Assembly (NCBI GenBank): GCA_001780775.1
Contig: MFIO01000008.1
Location: 1-55,795, forward strand
DNA length: 55,795 nt
Direction: 5' to 3'
Source of the DNA: Candidatus Giovannonibacteria bacterium RIFCSPLOWO2_12_FULL_43_11c
GTDB lineage: Bacteria > Patescibacteriota > Minisyncoccia > JACPKW01 > UBA11713
Part shown: positions 26,798 through 36,822 of the stretch, in pieces
How the letters are laid out: each line of letters begins with the position of its first letter
Position numbering within the stretch: position 1 is the stretch's first letter
The notes under the pieces: generated by a model
Told to the model about the DNA's origin: nothing
Database searches by the model: none
Seen by the model: only the letters and a program-made list of their open reading frames with translations
Translations under genes and position numbers: made by a program

Positions 26798-28585
26798 ATG
26801 GAGACTAGGAAGTGTCAGAACTGTCATAACGATTTCACAATCGAACCGGAGGATTTTAAGTTTTATGAAAAAATATCTGTACCTCCGCCGACCTGGTGCC
26901 CGGAATGTCGGGCTATGCGCCGACTGCAATTTAGAAACTTAAGGCAACCTTATAAGCGCGTATGCGCCGCGACAGGGAAGGATATTTTTACTCTCATGCC
27001 TCCCGAAGCGCCGATGCCGGTGTATAGTGGTGACTACTGGAGAAGTGATGCATGGGATCCGCTCGCATATGGCAGAGATTATGATTTCACACAGCCATTT
27101 TTCGAGCAGATAAAAGATTTATTTAACGCTGTTCCATGGGCTCCCATGTGGGATTTTGAAAAAACAAATAGTGATTATAGTATTTCTGCCTGGGTGAAGA
27201 ATTGTTATATGTGTTTTGATACCGGTTTTGTAGAAGATAGTGCCTATGCGGTTGCCCTACACCACAGCAAGCAATGTATCGATGTAATCAACTGCGAAAA
27301 TTGCGAGCTCTGCTACTACTGTATAAATACAAACAAATCCTATAAAACATTTTTCTCAAGGAACTGCACTTCTTGTATCGAGGTATGGTTTAGTCAGGAT
27401 TGCATCGGGTGCACAAGTTGTTTTGGGTGCACGGGATTGAGAAATAAATCGTACTATATTTTCAACAAACCATATACAAAAGAGGAATATAAAAAGAAGT
27501 TAGAAGAGATGAAACTCGATTCATTCTCTGGAATAGAAAAAGCTTTCGGGGTTGTAATGTCTGAATGGAAGAAATATCCCGTAAAGTATCAGCATAGCGT
27601 TCAAGCAAACGGGTGTACGGGTGATTACATTTATAATTCTGCAAAAATTCGCAATAGTTTTTTTGTGGGTAATTCCGAAAATTGTGCATACTCGCAAAGT
27701 ATTATCTACGGACCGATAAAAGATTGCATTGATATTTCTTCCACTGGCTTGAATGCGGAACTTGATTACGAAATAGGTTGTTCTGGGGATGCGCTATACA
27801 GAACTTCATTTGCTTCTGAATGCGGCGTATTAACCGATTGCCAGTATGTTTTCAATTGTAAGCAAGACAGTAACCTATTTGGGTGTGTTGGCGTTCGGAA
27901 CAAAAGTTATTGCGTCCTAAACAAGCAATACACGAAAGATGAATATGAAAATCTTGTATCGCGAATCCGGAAACATATGGATGAGATGCCTTATATTGAT
28001 AAAAAAGGAAGGAAATATAAATATGGGGAATTTTTTCCGCCCGATGTGAGTCCTTTTGGGTATAATGACACGCAGGCGCAGGAATATTTTCCGTTAACTA
28101 AAGAAGGGGCAGAGAGCTTTGGATATAGTTGGCGCGTGCCAGACAAGCGCAATTATTCTATCACGAAGAGTTCCAAAGATATGCCGGATGCCATTTCTGA
28201 TACTGACGACTCAATACTAAACGAGGTTATCCAATGCATGCATGATGAGAAAGATAGCCACTCGGTATTGTGCGGATATAATTGTGCTACCGCATTCCTG
28301 ATTACTCCGCAGGAACTAAAATTTTATCGCCAGCTGAATTTGCCGCTCCCAAGATTATGTTTTAATTGTAGACATTGGAAGCGTGTTGCCTGGAGAAATT
28401 TACTAAAGTTATATAAGAGACAATGCATGTGCCTTTCGACAGGCTCAAGGCAAGCGACTTATCAAAATACTGCTACTCATGAGCATGGAGAAAATCCCTG
28501 CCCTAACGAATTTGAGACTACCTATGTGCCTGATCGCCCGGAAATAGTTTATTGCGAAGCTTGTTACAATAAAGAAGTCGCATGA
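26798..28585 (+). CDS. Cys-rich protein with N- and C-terminal zinc-ribbon modules (paralogue 1)
   Basis: 595 aa. Has CQNC...FTIEPEDFKFYEKISVPPPTWCPECR at the N-terminus, a related FLITPQELKFYRQLNLPLPRLCFNCRH module at the C-terminus, and a periodic Cys-rich core. A paralogue lies at 45030..46820. Confidence 0.6.
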   Translation: METRKCQNCHNDFTIEPEDFKFYEKISVPPPTWCPECRAMRRLQFRNLRQPYKRVCAATGKDIFTLMPPEAPMPVYSGDYWRSDAWDPLAYGRDYDFTQPFFEQIKDLFNAVPWAPMWDFEKTNSDYSISAWVKNCYMCFDTGFVEDSAYAVALHHSKQCIDVINCENCELCYYCINTNKSYKTFFSRNCTSCIEVWFSQDCIGCTSCFGCTGLRNKSYYIFNKPYTKEEYKKKLEEMKLDSFSGIEKAFGVVMSEWKKYPVKYQHSVQANGCTGDYIYNSAKIRNSFFVGNSENCAYSQSIIYGPIKDCIDISSTGLNAELDYEIGCSGDALYRTSFASECGVLTDCQYVFNCKQDSNLFGCVGVRNKSYCVLNKQYTKDEYENLVSRIRKHMDEMPYIDKKGRKYKYGEFFPPDVSPFGYNDTQAQEYFPLTKEGAESFGYSWRVPDKRNYSITKSSKDMPDAISDTDDSILNEVIQCMHDEKDSHSVLCGYNCATAFLITPQELKFYRQLNLPLPRLCFNCRHWKRVAWRNLLKLYKRQCMCLSTGSRQATYQNTATHEHGENPCPNEFETTYVPDRPEIVYCEACYNKEVA

Positions 28586-29070
28586 GTAACGGACTATATC
28601 AAACCGAGGGGATAATTTTAAACTCGCAGGACCAAGGCGAGGCGGATAAAGTTTTGACTATATATACCAAAGAATTCGGGATGATGAGATTATTTGCGCG
28701 AGGGACGAGAAGGGCATCGTCCAAGCTGAACAAGTTTTTAAACCTTTTTACTTACGGAAAATTCGGTTTTGTTTCCGGGAAAGATTCGTGGCACCTGATA
28801 GACGCCGAAGATTTAGGGCATTTTGATAAAATTTTTGAACCGGAATTCGGCAGAGTATCCAATTTTATCAAGAGATTCTCCCCGGGCGAGGGCAAGGAAC
28901 CAAAGCTCTGGGAAGCGTTTCAGGATTTTACCAGATCCGGAGACGAACTTTTATTTTATGCAAAAGCCCTCGCTGTCTTGGGATATTTGGATGAAAAAGA
29001 GATCCTAGATATTTCTCGTGAAAATTTATCGCAATTTATTTACGGCGCTATCGCGCGAAGCCAGCTATAG
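28582..29070 (+). CDS. recO: DNA repair protein RecO (short, 162 aa)
   Basis: The N-terminal OB-fold signature TEGIILNSQDQGEADKVLTIYTKEFGMMRLFARGTRRASSK. ATGA overlap with the upstream gene. Confidence 0.65.
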   Translation: MSNGLYQTEGIILNSQDQGEADKVLTIYTKEFGMMRLFARGTRRASSKLNKFLNLFTYGKFGFVSGKDSWHLIDAEDLGHFDKIFEPEFGRVSNFIKRFSPGEGKEPKLWEAFQDFTRSGDELLFYAKALAVLGYLDEKEILDISRENLSQFIYGAIARSQL

Positions 29071-29089
29071 ATGCTAAAATTAATGTATT

Positions 29090-30961
29090 GTGTCAGAGCA
29101 TTTAGAAGAACTTAAAAAACGCCTTTATAAGTCAGGAGAGTCTTTTGACGCCAGATTGCGCCGTCCGGAATTGACCCCACAGCCTCAAAAGTCTCCTTCG
29201 GTTTGGCAGGAAGAAAATAGGCCAATTTTAATGGAGCCAAGGCGGAGCGGAAAAATATGGTGGATTTTAGGAGCGGTTTTTTTTATAGCCGCAATAGGGG
29301 CGGGCACTTATTATTATTTAAGCTACAATTCAATATCTAACAAAAGAATAGACATCAGTATTTCCGGTCCGGATGGAGCTATCGGCGGGGAGCGGGTTAC
29401 TTGGGAAGTAGCCATAACTAACAATAATAATAAAGCACTCTCGGGCGTAGCACTAGTTTTTGAATACCCCGCAGGTTCGAGAGTTTTAGACGAAGGGGTT
29501 AAAGGACTAAGAGCTAGGAAAATTTTGGAAAATATCGGGGCAGGGCAAACGGTGCGCCTTTCTTTTAGCGCCTTTGCCTACGGTTTCGAAAATGAAACCA
29601 AAGATGTCCGTGCGACGCTCGAATATACTCCGTTCGGATCAAGCGCTGCTTTTTCAAAAGAAGAGCTTGGGAAAATAACAATAACGCGCTCGCCGGTCGG
29701 AGTTTCCTTCGAGCTTCCACGTGAAATTCGCGCCGGACAGGAAATAGAAATCAAAGTTAATTATGTATCCAATTCATCAAGCGTTCTAGAAAATCTCATT
29801 TTAGAGCTCGCAATTCCTTCGGGATTTGTTTTCAAGAGCGCGGATCCCAAGCCGGATACAGGCGGAAAGACATGGTTCTTATCGCCGCTAAACCCTAGCG
29901 AGAAAAGAATAATAACGGTCAGGGGAATTTTGAGCGGAGGCGAGCTCGAGGAGAAAAGTTTTAAGGCTTCAGTGGGAATTAAGGATTCTTCCAACGGATT
30001 TAATATTTACGGTCAGGGGGTTGCTACCATCGAGCTAAAAAGACCATTTTTGGAAGTTGACGCGAAAATAAACGGGCAAGATACTTATTCCGCGCGCCCC
30101 GGAGAGTCGGTTTACGTCGAGCTTATGTATAAAAATAATTTGACTGTTCCAGTGGAGAACGCTATCATTGAAGGCGTTTTGTCCGGGAGGATATATGATG
30201 AAAGCAAAACCAAAGTTCGCTTTGGAACTTATAGGTCAATCGATAAGAGAATAATATGGAATTCGTCCTTGAATAATTCTCTTGGCAGGATTGATCCTGG
30301 GGAGTCCGGGACTGTGAGTTTCGAGCTGAACATCTTGGAAAAAATTCCCGTAAAGACAACCACGGACAAAGACTTCAATATATCAATGCATTTTGAAATC
30401 AGGCCGGGAGAAAAACCCCCTGGATATGAAGGAGCCGATTTAAAAGGGGAAGATAGTTTTGACATGAAATTGATTTCGCGCCTTCAACTTGTTCGAAGGG
30501 GATTTTATTACTCGAAAACTATGCCAAATACCGGCCCGATTCCTGCTAAGGTCGGACGAGAGACGACATTTACCGTAATACTTTCTCTGACAAATTCGAC
30601 GAGCGATCTTGACGGCGTAAAAGTTCGCGCGTTCCTCCCGCCATACATGGGTTGGAAAAATAAAATTATCTCGGCCGAGCCTGTTACCTATGATCCTAAT
30701 ACGGGCGAGATAATATGGGATGTCGGAGATATGAAGGCCGGAATCGGTTATACCTCTCCCGCGAAAGAAATAACTTTCCAAATCGGGCTTATTCCGTCCG
30801 CGAACCAAGCCGGGCAGACTCCGGAACTCGTAGCCAATATTACGGCCGAGGGGCATGATAAATTTACTGATTCAAATCTTCAGGTTTCCGTTCCATCGCT
30901 CACACTGAAACTCGAATCCGACCCGAAGATTGATTTGAGGCAAACTACGGTGATAAAGTGA
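29090..30961 (+). CDS. hypothetical membrane-anchored protein with repeated beta-rich (DUF11/CARDB-like) modules
   Basis: 623 aa with a GTG start and one TM helix near residue 55. Repeated segments resemble ...GETVTWEV.ITNN.... Confidence 0.4.
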   Translation: MSEHLEELKKRLYKSGESFDARLRRPELTPQPQKSPSVWQEENRPILMEPRRSGKIWWILGAVFFIAAIGAGTYYYLSYNSISNKRIDISISGPDGAIGGERVTWEVAITNNNNKALSGVALVFEYPAGSRVLDEGVKGLRARKILENIGAGQTVRLSFSAFAYGFENETKDVRATLEYTPFGSSAAFSKEELGKITITRSPVGVSFELPREIRAGQEIEIKVNYVSNSSSVLENLILELAIPSGFVFKSADPKPDTGGKTWFLSPLNPSEKRIITVRGILSGGELEEKSFKASVGIKDSSNGFNIYGQGVATIELKRPFLEVDAKINGQDTYSARPGESVYVELMYKNNLTVPVENAIIEGVLSGRIYDESKTKVRFGTYRSIDKRIIWNSSLNNSLGRIDPGESGTVSFELNILEKIPVKTTTDKDFNISMHFEIRPGEKPPGYEGADLKGEDSFDMKLISRLQLVRRGFYYSKTMPNTGPIPAKVGRETTFTVILSLTNSTSDLDGVKVRAFLPPYMGWKNKIISAEPVTYDPNTGEIIWDVGDMKAGIGYTSPAKEITFQIGLIPSANQAGQTPELVANITAEGHDKFTDSNLQVSVPSLTLKLESDPKIDLRQTTVIK

Positions 30962-32268
30962 AGAACATGCCCGATTTAGATAAAATTGTCTCGCTTGCCA
31001 AAAGGCGCGGTTTTATTTTTCCAAGTTTTGAAATTTATGGCGGTTCGGCAGGCTTTTTTGATTATGGACCACATGGTCTTACGCTCAAAAACAATGTCAA
31101 ACAAATATGGTGGAAACAATTTGTATCAGGGCGTGAGGATGTGTATGGAATTGATTCGGTAATAGTGACAAAAAAGGAAGTTTTTGAAGCAAGCGGCCAT
31201 GCTCGCGGTTTTGCAGATATGTTGACGGAGTGCGAGAAATGCCAGCGCCGGTTTCGAGTTGATCACCTTGCGGATACGAAGAAATGTCCAGAGTGTGGAG
31301 GGAAGCTAGGCGAAGCGCGTCAATTCTACATGATGCTAGAAACTCATATTGGAGCTGCTGAAGATGAAGCATCGCTTGCATATCTTCGTCCGGAAACGGC
31401 GCAAGGGATTTTTACAAATTTCAAGAACATTGTTGATTCATTTCATCCGAGCCTTCCCTTTGGGATCGCACAGATAGGCAAAGCTTTTCGCAATGAAATA
31501 GCACCACGAGATTTTCTCTTCCGTCTTCGCGAGATTGAGCAGATGGAGGTTGAATACTTCATAAAGCCTGGCGATTGGAAAGAATCATTTGAGATGTGGC
31601 GAAAAGAAATGCAAAAGTTCATTGCTAGTCTCGGCATTGATACAAATAAAATTTTCGAACTTGAAATTGAGGAGGCAGATCGCGCGCACTATTCCAAACG
31701 CACAATTGATTTTGAATTTGATTTTCCGTTTGGTAAAAAAGAATTATATGGGCTCGCGTATAGGACAGATTATGATCTTTCCGCGCACGAAAAGGCATCG
31801 GGAGCGGATCTGCGCTATACCGATCCGGAATCCGGCGATAAATTCATTCCACATGTGATTGAACCTTCTTTAGGTATTGATAGAACTATCCTCGCTATAC
31901 TTTGTTCGGCTTATGTGGAAGATGAATTAGGCAAGGAGAAACGAGTTTTCCTAAAATTAAAACCTCAAATAGCACCCGTTAAAGTTGCCGTGTTCCCGCT
32001 CGTTTCAAACAAAGAAAATATAGTTTCAAAGGCCCGCGAGCTTTATAAAAATCTTAAAGAAAAAATTTCTGGAGTTGCCTGGGACGACAACGGTAATATC
32101 GGCAAGCGCTATCGCAGGCAAGACGAAATTGGAACCCCATGGTGCGTTACGATTGACTATCAAACACTCGAAGATAAAACTGTCACGGTGCGCGATAGAG
32201 ACACTGGGGAGCAGATCAGGAAAAAAGAAAAAGAACTCGAGAAATATTTTTCTGACAAACTTTCATGA
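30958..32268 (+). CDS. glyQS: glycine--tRNA ligase (dimeric class II type)
   Basis: RRGFIFPSFEIYGGSAGFFDYGPHG. Has class II motifs and a C-terminal anticodon-binding domain. Confidence 0.9.
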   Translation: MKNMPDLDKIVSLAKRRGFIFPSFEIYGGSAGFFDYGPHGLTLKNNVKQIWWKQFVSGREDVYGIDSVIVTKKEVFEASGHARGFADMLTECEKCQRRFRVDHLADTKKCPECGGKLGEARQFYMMLETHIGAAEDEASLAYLRPETAQGIFTNFKNIVDSFHPSLPFGIAQIGKAFRNEIAPRDFLFRLREIEQMEVEYFIKPGDWKESFEMWRKEMQKFIASLGIDTNKIFELEIEEADRAHYSKRTIDFEFDFPFGKKELYGLAYRTDYDLSAHEKASGADLRYTDPESGDKFIPHVIEPSLGIDRTILAILCSAYVEDELGKEKRVFLKLKPQIAPVKVAVFPLVSNKENIVSKARELYKNLKEKISGVAWDDNGNIGKRYRRQDEIGTPWCVTIDYQTLEDKTVTVRDRDTGEQIRKKEKELEKYFSDKLS

Positions 32269-33485
32269 GAGAAAAACTTAATGTAACTTTCCGCGCCTTG
32301 CGGTCGCGCAATTTTAGACTGTTTTTGTTTGGGCAGGGGATTTCAAACATGGGGACATGGATGCAGAGGGTGGCTTTGAGCTGGCTTGTCTACGAGCTTA
32401 CAAGCTCGGCACTTCTATTAGGTTTAGTAAATTTCGCGAGTTACATACCATTACTTATTATATCTCCCATCGCCGGAGTATGGATTGATCGGTATCCCAA
32501 AATAAAAATCGTCATCGCGACGCAAATTTTATCTATGATTCAGGCGTTCATACTTGCTTTTTTAGTGCTTTCCGGAAAAATCGAGATTTGGCACGTCATA
32601 GTTTTGAGTTTGTTTTTGGGCGTGATAAACGCCTTTGATGTCCCCGGAAGGCAATCGTCGTATATAAATTTGATAGATAACAAAGAAGATTTACCGAACG
32701 CAATCGCGCTTAATTCCGTCGCCTTTCATCTCTCGCGCTTCATAGGCCCGTCTATCGCTGGGATAATAATCGCGGCTTTTAGCGAAGGCATCAGCTTTTT
32801 AGTAAACGGCTTTAGTTATATCCCTGTTATAATTTCTCTTTTCATGATCCGCGTCGATGAAGAGCCTAAGAAGGGCGAAGAAAAGCATGCGTCGGAGGAG
32901 TTGAAAGACGGATTTAGATATATTTCCGCTAGGCCCGGTTTAAAAAATATATTATTACTGGTTGGAGCTATAAGTCTTTTCGGGTGGTCTTACACTATTT
33001 TATTCCCGATTTTCGCGAAAGATATATTAGGTGGAGACGCGCTTACCTTCGGTTTTCTTAATTCCGCGGCGGCGATAGGCGCTATCGTCGGAGCCTTTTA
33101 TGCGGCGTCCCGGAAGGATCTTTTTGGATTGGAGCGGAGGGCGGTTTTTTTCGCTTCTATATTCGGCGTTGCTCTTGTCTTGTTTTCTTTTTCAAAGATG
33201 ATTTGGTTTTCCATATTTTTTGTAGCACTCTCCGGTCTTGGGGCCATGCTTCATAATACCTCTGCGAATTCTTATGTTCAGAGCGTTGTCTCCGGAGAAA
33301 GGCGTGGAAGAGTCATGAGTTTCTACGCCTTGGCGCACCAAGGATTGATCCCGATAGGCAGTTTATTGCTCGGTTGGGCGGCGTCGTCTTATGGGGCTCC
33401 CGCCGCGATGATAGCCGCTGGCATATTCTGCATCTTATCCGTCTTGCTTCTAGGCCCGAGAATAGTTGCGTCATATTCGAAGTGA
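32265..33485 (+). CDS. MFS transporter
   Basis: 406 aa with about 12 TM helices. The start region resembles the EntS/MFS_3 family (FRLFLFGQGISNMGTWMQRVAL). Confidence 0.75.
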   Translation: MREKLNVTFRALRSRNFRLFLFGQGISNMGTWMQRVALSWLVYELTSSALLLGLVNFASYIPLLIISPIAGVWIDRYPKIKIVIATQILSMIQAFILAFLVLSGKIEIWHVIVLSLFLGVINAFDVPGRQSSYINLIDNKEDLPNAIALNSVAFHLSRFIGPSIAGIIIAAFSEGISFLVNGFSYIPVIISLFMIRVDEEPKKGEEKHASEELKDGFRYISARPGLKNILLLVGAISLFGWSYTILFPIFAKDILGGDALTFGFLNSAAAIGAIVGAFYAASRKDLFGLERRAVFFASIFGVALVLFSFSKMIWFSIFFVALSGLGAMLHNTSANSYVQSVVSGERRGRVMSFYALAHQGLIPIGSLLLGWAASSYGAPAAMIAAGIFCILSVLLLGPRIVASYSK

Positions 33486-33558
33486 AGCTTTACATCTCAA
33501 AGGCTTCTTGATATCTTAAACTCGAAGTTAGGATTAAAAATCTGAAGGAGGAAGAATT

Positions 33559-34314
33559 ATGAATACATTCTGGAAGGATGCTTTTGCCATAACGGCGGGA
33601 GCTTTTTTTGGAGCCATACTGGCTCATGCAATGGGTCATTTCTGGGCGGGAGGTTTGCTCTTTGGCGGAGCCATTGGATACTTCGCGCGGCTTATAACGG
33701 AACCGTTGCGCATTCTCGAAGCTCTCAGGCAGGCTTATCAGGATGTGTATCACTGGCGACCCAAGAAAGAATGGAAGACGTGTTTTCGCGAAGGATCGCT
33801 CTATGGCATCGGCGCTGGCGGAGTATTAGGTATGTTTGGGTTTGGCCCATTTTCCTTATACAGGGGTTATGAGCAAGGCGCTTCATTGGAACAGCTTATC
33901 TATTCCTATTATTTTACAGTGGCTGTTTCAGAAATATTGGCGCCAATCTTCGGTGCAATCTTTGCATATCAAGAGTATTTATACCTAGATGAAGATGCTT
34001 CAAAGATGGCAAAACATTTCAATGCCGTATCGCTACATTACTACGTCCTCAAGGGCGCCGGTTACTCCATCTTCTATTTAGTCGCTGCCATCTGCAAAAT
34101 TCCTCGTTTCCTTCGGCTCTTTGCCATCTTCGTGCATTCAGAGAATTTTACAGCTTGTGCTGTGTATGCGCTGATGGCGGGTTCGATTGTTTTCCTCCTC
34201 GTTCCGTACAATCCACCATTGATGCTTGCCGTATCAAGTCTGGCAGGCCTCTTCGGCGCTTGGGTTCGACCGAAAGCGCTTGCGATGTTGGAGCCGGCTC
34301 TTTCTTCGCCGTAA
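33559..34314 (+). CDS. hypothetical membrane protein
   Basis: 251 aa, multi-TM, with a GAAGGAGG RBS. Confidence 0.4.
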   Translation: MNTFWKDAFAITAGAFFGAILAHAMGHFWAGGLLFGGAIGYFARLITEPLRILEALRQAYQDVYHWRPKKEWKTCFREGSLYGIGAGGVLGMFGFGPFSLYRGYEQGASLEQLIYSYYFTVAVSEILAPIFGAIFAYQEYLYLDEDASKMAKHFNAVSLHYYVLKGAGYSIFYLVAAICKIPRFLRLFAIFVHSENFTACAVYALMAGSIVFLLVPYNPPLMLAVSSLAGLFGAWVRPKALAMLEPALSSP

Positions 34315-34326
34315 TGGCGATTTACT

Positions 34327-34357
34327 TGGGGCTCGAAGACAAAGTCTCCGAGCCCCA
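34327..34357 (+). terminator. hairpin after 33559..34314
   Basis: TGGGGCTCG-A-AGAC-AAA-GTCT-C-CGAGCCCCA. The T-tail is weak. Confidence 0.4.
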
Positions 34358-34399
34358 CTTCAATTTTATGAGATTTACTGTTACAATTTTCAAATGAAT

Positions 34400-34515
34400 C
34401 CCGTTAGAAGCCGCGGTCGCTAGATATATCAACATGAATAAAAATTATTATTTATATAGTTCCATTTATAGGCATAACGAATGTATGGTTAAGACCGCGG
34501 CCTGCTTCTAACGGG
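34400..34515. repeat. 19-nt inverted repeat pair flanking a 74-bp AT-rich spacer, abutting the start codon of 34516
   Basis: CCCGTTAGAAGCCGCGGTC (34400..34418) pairs with GACCGCGG(CCTG)CTTCTAACGGG (34493..34515). Confidence 0.6.
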
Positions 34516-35787
34516 ATGAAATTCGAGAAGAAAACTTTTAAGAACGGGCTTCGGGCGATAGTTGCGCCGATGAAGGATACGCAGGCGATGACTCTGCTTG
34601 TGCTTTTTGGAACCGGTTCGAAATATGAAATAAAGAAATTGAACGGCGTTTCTCATTTTTTGGAGCATCTATTTTTTAAAGGAACGAAACACCGCCCCAA
34701 GGCTGGGCAGATTAATCTGGAGCTGGATCGGCTAGGAGCCGAATCAAACGCGTTTACCTCCAAAGAATACACAGGATACTACGTGAAAGCTGCGGCGAAA
34801 CATTTCGATGTTGCTCTTGATATCGTTTCCGATATATTGCTCGAACCGCTTTTTAAAGCGGATGAAATTGAAAAGGAGAGAGGAGTGATTCTGCAGGAAC
34901 TTTCGATGTATGAGGATAATCCCCAAAGACAAGCTTACGAAATTTTTGAGGATTTGCTCTATGGGGACCAGCCCGCAGGGTGGATGACTGGAGGATACCC
35001 CGATACCGTGAAAAACATAACTCGCGGCGACATAGTTCATTACAAAGCGGGTCACTATCTTTCTTCCAACGCCGTAGTTGCCGTGACCGGGAATATTGAT
35101 CAGGCTCGCGTATTCAAAAAAATCGAAAAAGTTTTTTCAAAGATGCCACAAGGAGAAAAATTAGAAAAACTTAAAGTGGTGGAATCGCAAGCTAGGCCGC
35201 AAGTTAAATTAAAAAAGAAAGATGTTGATCAAACCCATATACGCCTCGGGGTTCGCTCCTATAATATGTATGACGAGAGAAGATATCCGTTGACGGTTTT
35301 AAACACAATAATCGGAGGGAATTGGTCGTCGCGCCTCTTTACGGAGTTGCGCGAGAAACTTGGCCTTGCTTATTATGTCCGATCAGCGGTCGAGCAATAT
35401 ACGGATACAGGATATTTGATCGCTTCTGCCGGGATTCCTCATGGGACTTTGCCGAAAGTTTCCGAAAAGATCGTCCAGATTTTATCGAGCACCAGAAAAA
35501 AAGGAGTATCTGCTGAAGAAATTAAATTCGCCAAAGAGTATATCCGCGGTTCCATGGACCTTGCTTTCGAGTCGTCCGATGAAGTCGCGATGTATTTGGC
35601 CTCGCAGGAAATTTTTTATAAAAAAATCCTTACTCCCGAAGAAGTCTTGGTCAAGATTGAGAAGGTCCGAAGAAGTGATATCATGGGTATAGCTAGGGAT
35701 ATTTTCTCTCCCGCGAAGATTAATCTCGCGGCCATAACTCCGGACGATAATTCTAAACCATTTGAAAAAATATTGGCAAAAATATAA
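34516..35787 (+). CDS. M16-family (pitrilysin-like) zinc peptidase
   Basis: HFLEHLFFKGT inverted zincin motif (HxxEH). Confidence 0.85.
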   Translation: MKFEKKTFKNGLRAIVAPMKDTQAMTLLVLFGTGSKYEIKKLNGVSHFLEHLFFKGTKHRPKAGQINLELDRLGAESNAFTSKEYTGYYVKAAAKHFDVALDIVSDILLEPLFKADEIEKERGVILQELSMYEDNPQRQAYEIFEDLLYGDQPAGWMTGGYPDTVKNITRGDIVHYKAGHYLSSNAVVAVTGNIDQARVFKKIEKVFSKMPQGEKLEKLKVVESQARPQVKLKKKDVDQTHIRLGVRSYNMYDERRYPLTVLNTIIGGNWSSRLFTELREKLGLAYYVRSAVEQYTDTGYLIASAGIPHGTLPKVSEKIVQILSSTRKKGVSAEEIKFAKEYIRGSMDLAFESSDEVAMYLASQEIFYKKILTPEEVLVKIEKVRRSDIMGIARDIFSPAKINLAAITPDDNSKPFEKILAKI

Positions 35788-36822
35788 ATGAACGGCGAAA
35801 AATTAACAATAGATATCTCAACTCTCTCTCTAATAAAAGTTTCACTTTTTGTCGTTTTGGCTTGGCTTGTTTTCGAACTTCGTGGAGTTATAGGGGTTCT
35901 CTTAGCCTCTGTAGTAATTGCGTCTTCGGTGGAACCAGCAACGCGCTGGCTTTCCGCCTACAAAATTCCAAGAGTTATCGCTGTTATTTTTGTATATTTG
36001 GCTGCATTTACGATTCTTGGACTGATTTTTTATCTTATTTTGCCCCCGCTAGTTTCTGAGTTAGGCGGGTTTTTGACGGATCTCCCGGACAATATACAGA
36101 CGTTTGAGCCGACCAATATCTTTTCTTTTCTCCCGGAGTTGCCCAAGAGCCTCAATAATATATTAAGGGATGCCATCTTGAATTTCCGATACTATTCTTT
36201 TGAAGGCACATCAGGGCTTTTGGCTACAATCGCGAAAGTATTCGGAGGAGCCGTTTCATTTATTATGATAATAGTCATTTCTTTTTATTTGTCGGTTGAG
36301 GAGCGTGGTATCGAGAATTTTCTGAAAATAGTTACACCAAAAGAGTATGAAGGGTACGCACTTGATCTGTGGAACCGTTCAAGGCGGAAAATCGGACTTT
36401 GGTTCCAGGGCCAGCTACTTCTCGGCGTATTGGTAGGCGTCCTCGCTTTTTTGGGCCTTACCATACTTGGCGTCAAATATGCTCTCTTGCTCGCGATCCT
36501 TTCGGGAATTTTGGAAATAATTCCTGTGTTCGGGCCAATAATATCCGCAGTGCCGGCTATCGGAGTTGCCTTCACGCAAAAACCTATCCTGGGCCTCGCG
36601 GTTCTAATTCTATATGTTATCATCCAGCAATTTGAAAATCATCTTATCTACCCGTTGGTTGTGCGCAAGACCATAGGCATACCCCCGCTATTAGTCATTT
36701 TATCGATTTTTATTGGCGGAGTGCTTGCTGGGTTTTTCGGAATTATGCTTGCAGTCCCTGTTGCGACAGTGCTCGTGGAATTTATCAACGATTTTGCCAG
36801 GCGAAAACAGATTGAGTTTTAA
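35788..36822 (+). CDS. AI-2E family transporter (PerM/UPF0118)
   Basis: 344 aa, polytopic. Has the EIIPVFGPIISAVPA motif typical of the family. Confidence 0.8.
   Translation: MNGEKLTIDISTLSLIKVSLFVVLAWLVFELRGVIGVLLASVVIASSVEPATRWLSAYKIPRVIAVIFVYLAAFTILGLIFYLILPPLVSELGGFLTDLPDNIQTFEPTNIFSFLPELPKSLNNILRDAILNFRYYSFEGTSGLLATIAKVFGGAVSFIMIIVISFYLSVEERGIENFLKIVTPKEYEGYALDLWNRSRRKIGLWFQGQLLLGVLVGVLAFLGLTILGVKYALLLAILSGILEIIPVFGPIISAVPAIGVAFTQKPILGLAVLILYVIIQQFENHLIYPLVVRKTIGIPPLLVILSIFIGGVLAGFFGIMLAVPVATVLVEFINDFARRKQIEF

Noticed and set aside
29715-29726. parS-like core TTCCACGTGAAA
   Set aside because: Only about 12 of 16 positions match the TGTTNCACGTGAAACA consensus. The sequence is not a full palindrome, and it lies inside a coding region 24 kb from parB.
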